A stretch of 64,000 nt of DNA from Macrostomum lignano (GCA_002269645.1 NIVC01000094.1:310001-374000), one strand, 5' to 3'; positions 46,290-59,140 are shown, counted from the first letter of the stretch. The notes: generated by a model from the sequence alone, not told the origin. Numbers and translations are program-made.

Positions 46290-47546
46290 TCACAAGATGG
46301 CGCAGGCGGTCGCTGACTCGGCCGACGGAGGAGGCGGCGGCGGCGGCTCCGGCCGCCTCTCCCAGTGCAGGCGGCGGTCGCAGCCGTAGACAAACAGGCG
46401 GCGGCCGCAGCTGAACTCGCAGGCGCAGACGGGCACGAGGCGGACGGTGAGCCGCTGCAGCAGCAGCCGGCAGTTCGAGTCGCCAGCCTCGGTGGCCAAG
46501 TGCCGGTTGGTCAGGACCTCAGCGGCCAGAACCAGGCCCAGGGGGAACCGGGACTCGCTCAGGGCGACCCGCGGCCCCACTTGACGATGCACCGGCCGGC
46601 CGTTCGCCTCGGCCAGCAGCCCGGCCGGCAGCCCGGCCGCCGTCAGCAACGCGCTGTCGATGGTCACCGACCAGGTCGCCTGCAGCCAGCGGCTCGGCAC
46701 CAGCTGGCCGGCGCCGGCGCAGCGGCCGCACTCGACGCCGGACACTCGGCCTCCGCAGGCCGGACACCGGACGCTGCCCCTGCCAGCGCAGACGAAGCAG
46801 CGGTGAGAGTCGCCGCCGCCTCCGCCGCCTCCGCCGCCGCCGTGGCAGCCGGGGCAGGTCACGTGACCTTTGCGCCTGCACCGGCGGCAGTTCGAGTAGC
46901 CGACGCCGTGGCAGCTCGGACAGGCGGCCGGCCGGCCGACCCGGCCAGGCAGCGGGACGGCCGCCTCCGCCTCGGTGAAGGCCGCCGGGATCGGCCGCTT
47001 CGCCTCCCAGCTGCTGGCCGGCACCGGGCCATCCTGAAGGCAGCGCCGCAGCAGCTGCTGCCTCGCCGATCGCCGGTCGCCAACCAGTCGGCAGTCGTCC
47101 TCGCCGTGGAGCTCCTCCTCTGGGCAGGGAAGCAGGCGGTCCTGCAGGCTGTGCCGCTCGTACCAGCTGGCCAGGGTGCACACGAAGGCCTCGCCGTGGA
47201 CCAGCCGAACGCCAGACGGCGCGGCGGCTTCGTCCTGGTTGCCGTCGGGACGGCGACAGCAGCAGCGGTGCAGGAGGCGGCGAAATCTCTGGCGCCGAGC
47301 CAGCAGCTCGAGGGCGTCCGCTTCGGTCAGCCGCCAGCCGGAGTGATTCTCTGAGTCTGCTGTCATGATGGCAGGGCCGAAAGTGCAGCCGTTGGGGTCG
47401 ACAGGGGCTCCGCAGTCTGGCGCTGAAATAGGGGAGCTCAGCCAGTCCGCCGGAGCCAATGGGAGGCCGCAGATTCCCCCTCCATCACCCAACCGGCTGC
47501 TACCGTGGTGAAGCTGGCCAAGGCGAACCGGAGCCACCATTGTCAT
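46290..47546 (-). CDS. SSUH2: SSUH2-like protein with CxxCxGxG (DnaJ-type zinc finger) repeats, about 418 aa, intronless
   Basis: LTEADALELL...CC, W..K.P.P..F.E, CPSCHGVG/CRRCRRKG/CPGCHG/CFVCAGRG/CGRCAGAG and the C-terminal LQRLTVRLVPV...FVYG match the SSUH2 layout. The start was chosen at the ATG 4 nt after a candidate acceptor (47551-47552). Confidence 0.8.
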   Translation of the reverse strand: MTMVAPVRLGQLHHGSSRLGDGGGICGLPLAPADWLSSPISAPDCGAPVDPNGCTFGPAIMTADSENHSGWRLTEADALELLARRQRFRRLLHRCCCRRPDGNQDEAAAPSGVRLVHGEAFVCTLASWYERHSLQDRLLPCPEEELHGEDDCRLVGDRRSARQQLLRRCLQDGPVPASSWEAKRPIPAAFTEAEAAVPLPGRVGRPAACPSCHGVGYSNCRRCRRKGHVTCPGCHGGGGGGGGGGDSHRCFVCAGRGSVRCPACGGRVSGVECGRCAGAGQLVPSRWLQATWSVTIDSALLTAAGLPAGLLAEANGRPVHRQVGPRVALSESRFPLGLVLAAEVLTNRHLATEAGDSNCRLLLQRLTVRLVPVCACEFSCGRRLFVYGCDRRLHWERRPEPPPPPPPSAESATACAIL

Positions 47547-47895
47547 ACAGCTGTAGGCTGACTTCAGAGCCACCATTGTCAGACAGACATTGTAGGCTGA
47601 CTTCAGAGCCACCATTGTCAGACAGACATTGTAGGCTGACTTCAGAGCCACCATTGTCAGACAGACATTGTAGGCTGACTTCAGAGCCACCATTGTCAGA
47701 CAGACATTGTAGGCTGACTTCAGAGCCACCATTGTCAGACAGACATTGTAGGCTGACTTCAGAGCCACCATTGTCAGACAGACATTGTAGGCTGACTTCA
47801 GAGCCACCATTGTCAGACAGACATTGTAGGCTGACTTCAGAGCCACCATTGTCAGACAGACATTGCAGGCTGACTTCAGAGCCACCATTGTCGGA
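47531..47895. repeat. 39-bp minisatellite overlapping the SSUH2 start (about 9-10 copies)
   Basis: Unit GAGCCACCATTGTCAGACAGACATTGTAGGCTGACTTCA. Confidence 0.95.
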
Positions 47896-49309
47896 CAGCT
47901 TTTACAGCCAGCCCACAGTTGTGGAAATTGTGGTTTGCGGACGAGAGTTGAACTTTGGAGGCCTCTGGCTCTGAGCAACCTGGGGAGTCGAAAGCCGGTT
48001 TAAAGGTAAACACAGCACACACGGGCGTCACGGATTTTGCTTTACTTATAATGAAACTTCGAATTCAAGAGCGTGCAGCTCGATCTCTGTCAGCCTGGTA
48101 GATAAACAAAGTTTTTAAAAAAATTGATTGAACTCTTGATAGAGCGGTCATCCAGGACACGGGATCTGTTTACCGAAGAACTTCAGATTGGAGGGGCTGG
48201 CAGAGGGAAAGTGGGAGGAAACGGGGGGGGCTGGCTGCGGGGATGGAATAAAATAACTTGGGAGAAAAGGAGAACTCTGCATAGAGAGGAAAAGCGAAAT
48301 GAGGACGCAGAATATGCGCAGGTGGCTAAAGTGCATGAGGGCTGCGGGCATCCTGGCGCAACGTCTCCGGTGACATTGTCCCACAACCAGAGCTGACAGA
48401 AATGCTGCCCATTCCGCCGACTCCTGAGCAACCGCGCTAATAATACTGCTGATACTGCTACTCATGCACACGCTCACACAGGACCGAGTGCTGTGTGCTG
48501 AAGGTCCAGAAGCTCCGACAGAGCCAGAGCCGATGCAGACAGATGTGGTCGACGTGCTGATGTAATTTTGGAGGCTTGGCAAGGCTGCACTGAGGCGCTG
48601 TGCTGATCGGCTCAAGGGTTGTATTGAGTTGTGTTTATGAGACAAATCTGACTCCCTGGCAACAATTAGCGACTTTATTCTCGTTGAGAAGGTGCGTAAC
48701 GAAACGTTTACCAGTCTTCGTGAATTTCGTGTGCCTGTGTTTCTCCCTTGGGGGAAGTTCTACCGCTAGAAAGCAGTGAAAAAATTATACGATATCACAC
48801 CATATTTTCGTTTTCATCTCGCAGACATAAGTCCAGAATACAGACTTAACATTAAGGCTTGTAAGTTGAGAACTGAGCACAAATCGTGTTCATAACAAGT
48901 CCCAGTTTAGATGCAAATCAATCGAATCTGATCAAGTCCTTAGAGACGGGCCTCGACATCTTTCCGGCCAAGTAGATTATCATGACTATCATTCTTATTC
49001 GACGTGCCTTAATTCCGTTTCCGTGACAGGAAAGCCATTTTGTGCTGCAATTACTCGCACAGAGGCCCATTATTCACGGGTATGGCAATATACTACTTAT
49101 AAGATTGGGCTTTCAGATCCAGTTGGCAGAGGCAGAACATGGAAGATAATTTATAATACACACCATCATGTAGCCCGACCTGTATACTGATAAACTGGCC
49201 GTCACTGATGTACTTTTAAGATTTTAACCGACATGCTTAAGGTTATCAGACAAATTTTAGGATTTAAAACAATTAGGCAAAGTGAATTAGTGAAACGAAG
49301 CGAGTCGCA

Positions 49310-49605
49310 CCACTGCCAGCCAATCACAGGCCAGTAACCCCCACCCCCGACTGCCAGACAATCACAGGCCAGTAACCCCCCACCTTCCCGACTGCCAGCC
49401 AATCACAGCCCAGTAACCCCGACTGCCAGCCAATCACAGGCCATTAACCCCCGACTGCCAGCCAATCACAGGCCAGTAACCCCTGATTGCCAGCCAATCA
49501 CAGGCCAGTAACCCCCAACTGCCAGCCAATCACAGGCCAGTAACCCCCGATTGCCAGCCAATCACAGGCCATGCCAGTAACCCCCGATTGTCAGTCAATC
49601 ACTGG
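49310..49605. repeat. 32-bp minisatellite (about 9 copies) containing AGCCAATCA
   Basis: Unit approximately CCCCCGACTGCCAGCCAATCACAGGCCAGTAA. Confidence 0.9.
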
Positions 49606-50209
49606 CCTTTGAGCTTTGAATCCAATATACCAAAAATGCTGAAAGTTGATTCTGAAAGAAAGTTGGGAAACAACCTAACAACAAAATGTTCTCAATATTA
49701 GCTACTTTTATCAGTAACGAGCAACGGATATTGCTGCTCTGATTTGTTTAGCTTTACATTTAGCTATATTTCCCGTTTAAGCTTGTGCCGGATATACATT
49801 AGGCCAAGATATCTTGCAACAAGTCTAAGAAAAACATAAAATAATAATAAACTCATGCTGCGATAGAAAGCTTTCAGAATGCCAACGACAATAAATCAAG
49901 ATAATTGACAAAATAGAATCGAAACAAATCATTCAGTATCCAGGTAAAATAGAAATAGAAATGGCATTGACAAAATGCAACGGGAGTAATTATGTAACAT
50001 CATTAATAACACATCATTAGGATAAATTCCAAAAACAAAGTTAAAGTAGATTGCACTTTTGAAATTCGAGTGCTTCAAGAACATTGTGCCCTTTAAAGCC
50101 GAATAACAAAATATGCAACCGTGCTAATTGACTTACTGGAAAGGGAGGCAATTTTGTCTGCGCACAACACAGCAGACTTGTGCGCGGGTGTCAACGGAGA
50201 ATAGACTAG

Positions 50210-50535
50210 ATTCTCAGGTGGGTGGGGAAGATTCTCAGGTGGGTGGGGAAGATTCTCAGGTGGGAGGGGAAGATTCTCAGGTGGGTGGGGAAGATTCTCA
50301 GGTGGGTGGGGAAGATTCTCAGGTGGGTGGGGAAGATTCTCAGGTGGGTGGGGAAGATTCTCAGCTTGGGTGGGAAGATTCTCAGGTGGGTGGGGAAGAT
50401 TCTCAGGTGGGTGGGGAAGCTTCTCAGGTGGGTGGGGAAGATTCTCAGTTGGGTGGGGAAGATTGTCAGGTGGGTGGGGAAGTTGTCAGGTGGGTTGGGA
50501 AGATTCTCAGATGGGTGGGGAAGATTCTCATGGGG
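50210..50535. repeat. 21-bp G-rich minisatellite (about 15 copies)
   Basis: Unit TTCTCAGGTGGGTGGGGAAGA. Confidence 0.94.
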
Positions 50536-50711
50536 AAGAATTTCAATGGGTGCGCGATTCTCGTCCGGGCTGGAGATTCTCGGGTAAATTTGCTCGAATC
50601 CAGAGAAAAAGGCATTTTGGTGGGTGCAGACCGGACACAAATCTAACAAATCCAAGTCCAATTTCGAAACAAACACAATCTCATATTACATAGAAGGGCC
50701 GAGCAATTCTG

Positions 50712-52352
50712 TCAAGCCGGCCGGCCGCTGCCAGCCAGCCTGGCCGCCGCCCAGTCGGCCGCAATCAGCAGGCAGCTGGCCGCGTGCAGGCAGAAGCCAA
50801 TGGCAGCCCAGAAGCGCAGCGTGTCGCCGGCCCCCAGCAGCAGGAAGCCCATGCAGGTGTAGTCGAACACGCGCATCTTGAAGAACCAGCGCGCCAAGTA
50901 GGCCACCGACTGGTTCAGCCTGGCCCGACGGAGCAGCCGGTCCAGCGCGTCCTCGGCGTAGCGGGCCAGCGGGATGGTCAGGAAGGACAGGAAGTAGCCG
51001 CCGTGGACGCCGTGCCAGTAGGCGGAGACGGCCATGGTGACGGGCAGGCGGAGCGCCCGGCCGGGCACCCGGCGGTAGACGAAGGCGGCGAGCCAGTGCT
51101 GCACAGAGCGGTTCCAGGCCTTCATGCCAGCCTGCACGGTGGGCGCGAACTCGCAGCCGGCCTCGTCGATGTTGTGCACCGACTCGTAGCTGATGTCGTC
51201 GCTTTTGTTCAAGTCGCCGGCTCCGTCAATGGCTGGACGAGACTGCCGCTGCTGCCGCTGCTCTTCCAGGACTTCAAGACGCGTTGGGCCCTTGGTGGCG
51301 ACGTGCGTGAAAAGATTGCTGGGTCACTGAGTGCAACCTGCTGCCACCGCGGTCAGTAAGCAGACACTCCGGCACTGCTCAGCAGACACCCTGTCTACCA
51401 TCAAGCAGACACCCTGCCTACCATAATGAGACACCCTGCCTACCATAAGGAGACACCCTGCCTACCATAAGGAGACACCCTGTCTACCATCAAGAAGACA
51501 CCCTGTCCACCATCAAGCAGACACCCTGTCTACCATCAAGCAGACACCCTGTCCACCATCAAGCAGACACCCTGTCTACCATCAAGCAGACACCCTGTCT
51601 ACCATCAAGCAGACACCCTGTCTACCATCAAGCAGACACCCTACCTACTATCAAGCAGACACCCTACCTACTATCAAGCAGACACCCTGCCTGCCATCAA
51701 GCAGACACCCTACCTACTATCAAGCAGACACTCTGCCTACTATCAAGCAGACACCCTACCTACTATCAAGCAGACACCCTGCCTATTATCAGGCAGACAC
51801 CCTACCTACAGAAAACAGAGAATACCCCAACCAGCCAGTCATTCGATCAAATACTATCACCGATATGTATAGAAAAAGCAAGAGGTCTCGCTCACCTCTC
51901 CGCAGCGCGGTTCGGACGCGGCCGGATAGCCGCCCAGGCCGACGGCCATGCAGACGCACTCGGACACAACCCAGGCGAAGTACATCCGGCAGCGGAAGGT
52001 GGTGAACATGGCGAACATGAAGTAGATCCTGTAGGCCCAGCTGGAATCAACCAGCAGGTCGTCAGTCCTGGCGTAGTCAATGAAGTACCACTGCGACAAG
52101 ATCAGGTAGGCTACGCCGTACAGCGGCGCGTAGGCAAGGCGCTTCCACAGGGCAGCGCCGACGGCGGGCGGGGGCGGCGCACCGGGCGCCTGGAGCCGGT
52201 CAACCAGGTCCCGGTAGATGCTGAACCGGTAGTAGGGCCCGGTGAGCACGCCCGGGTATGCGTAGGCGTAGAGCATAATCTGGGTGGGGCAACGGGCTCG
52301 GCGATATAAGCTGGCAGGGAGTGCGTCAAACAGCAGGGCGCCAAATCCAAGC

Positions 52353-52444
<92 letters not shown>

Positions 52445-53081
52445 GGGCGCTAAATCGAGAGACAGTAGGGCTCAAATTAGGAAAAAAATTTCAGTTCCTT
52501 GAAAGTCCGGTTGGACTCCAGAAAAAAGGCGAGTTCAGTCAGTTCCCAAGGATCGAATCCCAAAGATTTCGAGTCTGTCCAACCTGCCAGAACTTCGGCG
52601 ACACCCCGGTGTAGCGCAGCTGCAGCTCCAGACTCCGCCGTTCGCCATCGTCCGTCGAGTCTCGCAGCCGCCGTTCCAACCGGCGGGTGTCGACAATTTC
52701 GAAGGCCACGCCGACCATTCGCAGCGTCATGAGCAGCTGGACAGCGTTGCTATGCGGCGAGGGCTTGGTGAATCCCAGCAGATGGCAAGTGCGGAAGAAG
52801 GCCAGGTAGCCGAAGCACCAGGCGGCGCAGAGGGCGTGGACTCGATTCCTGGGCCCGAACGAGCAGATGGAAGCGGAGACCAGAGCGACCAGCACCGAGT
52901 GCCACATGAAGGAGCTGCAGACGGCGGCGCAGAGCAGGAAGCCGAAGGCGGACACCAGCTGCACAGCGGCTGAGGCTGGGAGGAAAGGCAGCGCTGAGCG
53001 GAGGTGGCCGCGGGCGAACACCGGCCCGACTGCCAGAGAGATAAGCAGCAGGCTGGCGTAGACCCAGTCGTCTGGTGTCAT
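50712..53081 (-). CDS. MBOAT7: Lysophospholipid acyltransferase 7 (LPIAT1/MBOAT7), 486 aa, 3 exons
   Basis: Exons 53081-52584, 52279-51896 and 51290-50712, all phase 0 GT-AG. Motifs MTPDDWVY..LLIS, NAVQLLMTLRMV, TGPYYRF, WNRSVQHWLA and SAYWHGVHGGY (catalytic His) are present. Confidence 0.93.
51358..51810. repeat. 23-bp minisatellite in MBOAT7 intron 2 (about 19 copies)
   Basis: Unit CCATCAAGCAGACACCCTGTCTA. Confidence 0.94.
52355..52440. repeat. (AG)n microsatellite in MBOAT7 intron 1
   Basis: Perfect run. Confidence 0.98.
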
Positions 53082-53149
53082 AGCGCGGCTCTGGTCCGTG
53101 CAAACTGCAATGCCGGTTATTGCGGCTTGAACTGACAAGCCTAACAGTC

Positions 53150-53990
53150 TTCACTCCTGCCCCCTCACTCCTGCCCTCCTCACTCCTGCCCTCCTCACGC
53201 CTGCCTTCCTCACTCCTGCCTTCCTCACTCCCTGTCTTCCTCACTCCCTGCCTTCCTCACTCCTGCCCTCCTCACTCCCTGCCTTCCTCACTCCCTGTCC
53301 TCCTCACTCCTGCCCTCCTCACTCCTGCCTTCCTCACTCCCTGCCCTCCTCACTCCTGCCCTCCTCACTCCTGCCTTCCTCACTCCCTGCCTTCCTCACT
53401 CCCTGCCCTCCTCACTCCTGCCCTCCTCACTCCTGCCTTCCTCACTCCTGCCCTCCTCACTCCCTGCCCCCTCACTCCTGCCTTCCTCACTCCTGCCCTC
53501 TTCACTCCTGCCTTCCTCACTCCTGCCTTCCTCACTCCCTGCCCTCCTCACTCCTGCCCCCCTCACTCCTGCCCTCCTCACTCCTGCCCTCCTCACGCCT
53601 GCCTTCCTCACTCCTGCCTTCCTCACTCCCTGTCTTCCTCACTCCGTGCCTTCCTCACTCCTGCCCTCCTCACTCCCTGCCTTCCTCACTCCCTGTCCTC
53701 CTCACTCCTGCCCTCCTCACTCCTGCCTTCCTCACTCCCTGCCCTCCTCACTCCTTTTCTCCTCACTCCTGCCTTCCTCACTCCCTGCCTTCCTCACTCC
53801 CTGCCCTCCTCACTCCCTGCCCCCTCACTCCTGCCTTCCTCACTCCTGCCCTCTTCACTCCTGCCTTCCTCACTCCTGCCTTCCTCACTCCCTGCCCTCC
53901 TCACTCCTGCCCCCCCTCCTGCCCCCTTACTCCTGTCCTCCTCACTTCTGCCCCTTTTACTCCTGCCCTCCTCACTCCTGCCCCTCCCTG
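53150..53990. repeat. 15-16-bp C-rich minisatellite between COPS4 and MBOAT7
   Basis: Unit CCTCACTCC(C)TGCC(C/T)T. Confidence 0.95.
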
Positions 53991-54303
53991 ACTCAGCTCA
54001 CTTCCCTGAGCCCCTGTCCCCAGCAGAACCCAGCATCAACACAAGCTCATCTGAGCAGTCTATATGTTACATGTTACATGACTTAATTGAAAAGACAAAG
54101 AAGAAGTTTATTAACTGGCATGCTTCTGCATGATATTTAAATAGCAAACTGAATTAAGGGAGGCAAAACTGACTGCCAACTTTGTTTATTGACAGCGCAA
54201 TGAAGAGTATAACTATTCCTATATTTCAACTGAACACTCCATAATACAGAACACTATATATCAGGCGGGGACAAAATGCCAAGTCTTAGGGCCAGGCACG
54301 CAA

Positions 54304-57075
54304 TCAGACATTGGCCTGGCAGGCGGCCTGGTACCAGTCCGGGTGCAGGCCGGCCACCCGCTCGCAGACGGAGTTGACCTGCTCGCACAGGTCCCGGATG
54401 CGGCAGTCCCACAGGCTCATCGGGTGGCGCTCCTCGAACTGCACAAAGCCGCGAATCTGATCGATGCAGCCGACAAGCCGCTGTTCGGCGATCATCCGGG
54501 CGGCCATTTGCTCCGCCCGCTCCGGCTGCACCTCCAGCAGCTGGCCCAGGTAGGCCAGGCTGATGTTGTTATACAGCCGGCTGACCGCCAGCAGGTTGTG
54601 CTCGGCAACCGCCGCCTCCAGGGTTGTGAGGCCGTCCGAGTTCGGGCTGGCCTGGCGCTGGTGCGGCTGCAGGCTGGCCGAGAATTCCAGCAGCTCGTCG
54701 CGGCGGACGAGGCGCTCCTGGTAGTGTGGAGTGGGGCGAGAGACTGCCATGCCTTTGGCTGCCGCTAAACTGCTGGCTCAAGACTGCAGGGGCGGGGACT
54801 CAAAGCATTTATCAATAAAGAGCGAAGACTCAAAGCTAATTAAAGAGCGGTGACTCAAAGCTAATTAAAGAGCGGTGACTCATGACTAATTAAAGAGCGG
54901 TGACTCATGACTAATTAAAGAGCGGTGACTCATGGCTAATTAAAGAGCGGTGACTCATGGCTAATTAAAGAGCGTTGACTCATGACTAATTGAAGAGCGG
55001 TGACTCAAAGCTAATTAAAGAGCGATGACTCATGGCTAATTAAAGAGCGGTGACTCAAAGCTAATTAAAGAGCGGTGACTCATGGCTAATTAAAGAGCGG
55101 TGACTCATGGCTAATTAAAGAGCGGTGACTCATGGCTAATTAAAGAGCGTTGACTCAAAGCTAATAAAGAGCGGTGACTCATGGCTAATTAAAGAGCGTT
55201 GACTCATGACTAATTGAAGAGCGGTGACTCAAAGCTAATTAAAGAGCGATGACTCATGGCTAATTAAAGAGCGGTGACTCAAAGCTAATTAAAGAGCGGT
55301 GACTCATGGCTAATTAAAGAGCGGTGACTCATGGCTAATTAAAGAGCGGTGACTCATGGCTAATTAAAGAGCGGTGACTCATGGCTAATTAAAGAGCGTT
55401 GACTCAAAGCTAATAAAGAGCGGTGACTCATGGCTAATTAAAGAGCGTTGACTCATGACTAATTGAAGAGCGGTGACGCACCCGGAAGAGTTTCTCCACA
55501 AGGCCGCGCCAGGCCAGCCGCTGCGAGCGCTCGTCTTTGTACAGCCTGGCCAGCATGGCCGACCGCTGTGAGGACGCCGGGCACAGCACGGTGCACACGG
55601 TGGCGGCTTCCAAGTGCTGCATCTGGTGCTCAGTCTCGCCAGCCTGCAGCGACAGCTCTATGTAGCGCATAGCGGCCTCGTAGAATTTGCCTTTTAAATC
55701 AAGGACTCTGGCGTAGTACACCTGACAGGTAGGTTTAATCAAATGGGTCTGACAGTTATCGGATGATGCAGGTTTTCTCGTGATAGCCGTGTGCTCTAAA
55801 TAGCAACACACCTGAGCCGCAGGTGTGCAGCTAAAAGCATTGAGCAGTTTGTGCTGGAACTGTGGCGGGTTCACAGCTCAGAGCTGCTATGTACCTATAT
55901 AGCTGCGTACTAACCGCGGCTAACTCTGCTTAACTCGCGTCTACATAGCAACTAACCTTGTACTGCTGCAGGTGCGGCGGGTCCTTGGCGGCCAGCTGGC
56001 AGCGACTCAGCGCCTGTTCGGCCTTGTCGGCGTCCTTCTCGCGCAGGTAGAGCTCCACAGTCTTCAGCAGGACGCGGGCTTTCTCGTCCCGGCTGCCATC
56101 GGGGCGGAGTGGAAGGGAATTTGGTTACCGTGGATCTGGAGGCAGGGCGGAGACCCAGGCTGAGGATTCGGGAGGGTTGGAGGGGGCGGAGACCCAAGCT
56201 GAGGATCCAGGAGAGTTGGAGCTGAAGGGGCGAAGACCCAGACGGAGGCTCCGGAGGGAGGGCTAGAGGAGGGGCGGAGACCCAAGCTGAGGATCCGGAG
56301 GGAGGGCTGGAGGAGGGGCGGAGACCCAAGCTGAGGATCCGGAGGGAGGGCTGGAGGAGGGGCGGAGACCCAAGCTGAGGATCCGGAGGGAGGGCTGTAG
56401 GAGGGGCGGAGACCCAAGCTGAGGATCCGGAGGGAGGGCTGGAGGAGGGGCGGAGACCCAAGCTGAGGATCCGGAGGGAGGGCTGTAGGAGGGGCGGAGA
56501 CCCAAGCTGAGGATCCGGAGGGAGGGCTGGAGGAGGGGCGGAGACCCAAGCTGAAGATCCGGAGGGAGGGCTGTAGGAGGGGCGGAGACCCAAGCTGAGG
56601 ATCTGAGTATAGGCCTGTATTATCCCATGACGGCTGCAAGGCATGCTTACCTGAACTGCTTCTGCACGGACTCCATATCGATGGCTGCAAGCGCCTCGGC
56701 GGCCTGCAGGTAGCGGCCCTGCGCCTCCAGGCCGCGAGCCAGCAGCTGGCGGACACCCACAATCTGGTCCTCGAACGAGATGGCCCGATTCTGCAGGCAG
56801 GCCAGCATGACTTGGCAGGTCTCCAAACCGACCTGGGCGCTGGACTCAATCCGGCTGCTCAGCAACTCGACCAGGTCGGCCACCACCTGTCTGGACACGG
56901 CCAGGCCAACCGACTCATCCAGTAGGAAGTTGAGAAACAGCTGCAGTTGCTGCTTAGCGGCGTTCAAATCCTGGTTGAGGATGGTTTTGAGCAGCAGCTC
57001 GTATTTGTGCACCGCCACGGAGGCGTTGTCTATGGCGCTGATGCGGCGAAGCTCTTCTTCTAGCTGAGCGCTCAT
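54304..57075 (-). CDS. COPS4: COP9 signalosome subunit 4, about 404 aa, 4 exons
   Basis: Exons 57075-56651, 56092-55957, 55721-55482 and 54717-54304 total 1215 nt (alternative ATG at 57090). Motifs ISFEDQ, YARVLD..GKFYEAA.RY, QRSAMLARLYKDER and EHNLLAVSRLYNNI (PCI domain) are present. Confidence 0.93.
54815..55477. repeat. 25-bp minisatellite in COPS4 intron 3 (about 26 copies)
   Basis: Unit GAGCGGTGACTCATGGCTAATTAAA; begins about 5 nt after the donor. Confidence 0.96.
56145..56603. repeat. 44-bp G-rich minisatellite in COPS4 intron 1 (about 10 copies)
   Basis: Unit GGAGGGAGGGCTGGAGGAGGGGCGGAGACCCAAGCTGAGGATCC. Confidence 0.95.
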
Positions 57076-57140
57076 TGGCCCGCCGAGCATGCAGGAGAGG
57101 AGGGGTGGGTGCGCGCCGGCTTGGAATAGGCTGGTCTGCT

Positions 57141-57357
57141 GGATGTACATTCAATGGATAGATGTACATTCAATGGATGGATTTACATTCAATAGATGGA
57201 TGTACATTCAATGGATGGATGTACATTCAATGAATGGATGTACATTCAATGAATGGATGTACATTCAATAGATGGATGTACATTCAATGGATGGATGTAC
57301 ATTCAATGAATGGATGTACATTCAATGGGTGGATGCACATTCAATTGATGGATGTAT
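57141..57357. repeat. 19-bp minisatellite just upstream of COPS4 (about 11 copies)
   Basis: Unit GATGTACATTCAATGGATG. Confidence 0.93.
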
Positions 57358-58561
57358 ACAGGCCTAGACTATGGAATTCCTGCGTTTAACTTGGACTTGA
57401 AACCGAGAGCCTGTGCTAGGAAACTAAGATGAGGAGTCAAGAGTCAGGAGACTCCTACCTCCTTAAGAGTAACTCTAGGAGTGGCGCCGGGTTTTTCTCC
57501 TCCTAGCTACTGATGTCAAGAGATCCAGAAATTAACACTCCTAAATCAATCACAAAGTCGACTTTTTGAAATATTTCGGGTCTGGATGATCAGTTTATTT
57601 TTATCAAATCTAAATGCTGCTTCTTGCTCATAAATACTTCCCTAGATACTGCAGCTCAAATACAATAAAAGTACATTAATACACCGAATTCTTTCTGACA
57701 AGAAGCTTCGTGCTTGTAAAGTACATGGACTTTCACCTTTTAAAGATAGCGCAACACGCCTAGACGACAGTCCTAAGCTGCACATTGACTCTTTTGACGC
57801 CCAAGTTTCACAGCACGTTGAGAATAATTCCTAGTCGATAATTCTATAGAACTAATTGCTGCTAGTCTAAGAGCCAAGCCTTGCAATTGATTTAGACGCA
57901 TTTTATGGCGGCTTCTTTTGTGCTATCTAATCTTATCTCTCTCCCTCAGGTCTTATCTTATCACATCGGATAATTATAATTAGCACACAAAATAACGCAG
58001 TGAAATTGCAATAAAAAATCCAAAGCTATTTTATTTTGTTTTATTAATTTAACTTAGCCACTTGGACAGCGGGAGTGGCCGAAAATCAGAATGGTAAAAA
58101 ATGACAATTCCAACAAGCAGCGGGTGCACAAGGATTGACAATTCGCTAACAAAGATTGGTCAAAACAACTAACAGAAGGCATTGTTGAGCAATACTAACA
58201 ACAATACTATCCACTGACTACAGGTAGTACAGATTCGCATACAGTAAGGACAAATTGCATTCTCACGCACACGAGGATTGTCCAAATGAGGCGACTGTGA
58301 TTTATAATAAATCATAGTTTAGCATATTGCGTTAATAAACTTCTAAGCGGTAGATGGGTTAGAAATCCTACTAAGTATTGATTAGAATGCTGTCAATTCG
58401 AGTCAGAATCAGCTGCTCACTTGAACTACGAGTAGCATGCATGGCGTTTAGTCTAATGTATCTAATGTACACGTACTGCTTGCGGCACAGAATCATAACT
58501 CCATCTGCCATTAGGCAGTAAGACTGCAATATCGCAGTGCGGTAAATCAGCTTGTTGGTCT

Positions 58562-59140
58562 GAAGGCTGGCAGTGGCCCAGCAAACTGAGGATCTGGGAG
58601 GCTGGCCCAGCAACTGAGGGTCTGAGATGTTGGCCCAGCAACTGAGGATCCGGGAAGCTGGCAATGGCCCAGCAACTGAGGATTTGGGAGGCTGGCGGTG
58701 GCCCAGCAACTGAGGATTTGGGAGGCTGGCGGTGGCCCAGCAACTGAGGATCTGGGAGGCTGTCCCAGCAACTGAGGATCTGGAAGGCTGGCAGTGTCCC
58801 AGCAACTGAGGATCTGGAAGGCTGGCCCAGCAACTGAGGATCTGCGAGGCTAGCCCAGCAACTGAGGATCTGGAAGGCTGGCAGTGTCCCAGCAACTGAG
58901 GATCTGGGAGGCTGTCCCAGCAACTGAGGATCTGGAAGGCTGGCAGTGTCCCAGCAACTGAGGATCTGCGAGGCTGGCAGTGTCCCAGCAACTGAGGATC
59001 TGCGAGGCTGGCAGTGTCCCAGCCACTGAGGATCTGCGAGGCTGACAGTGTCCCAGCAACTGAGGATCTGCGAGGCTGGCGGTGGCCCAGCAACTGAGGA
59101 TTTGGGAAGCTGGCCCTGACCCAGCAACTGAGGATCTGGG
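58562..59140. repeat. 28-34-bp minisatellite between TMX2 and COPS4
   Basis: Unit GAGGATCTGGGAGGCTGGCAGTGTCCCAGCAACT and shorter variants. Confidence 0.93.

Noticed and set aside
46365-47354. 329-aa antisense ORF opposite SSUH2, and similar antisense ORFs over other GC-rich exons
   Set aside because: Expected shadow ORFs from GC-rich codon usage; no domain signal.
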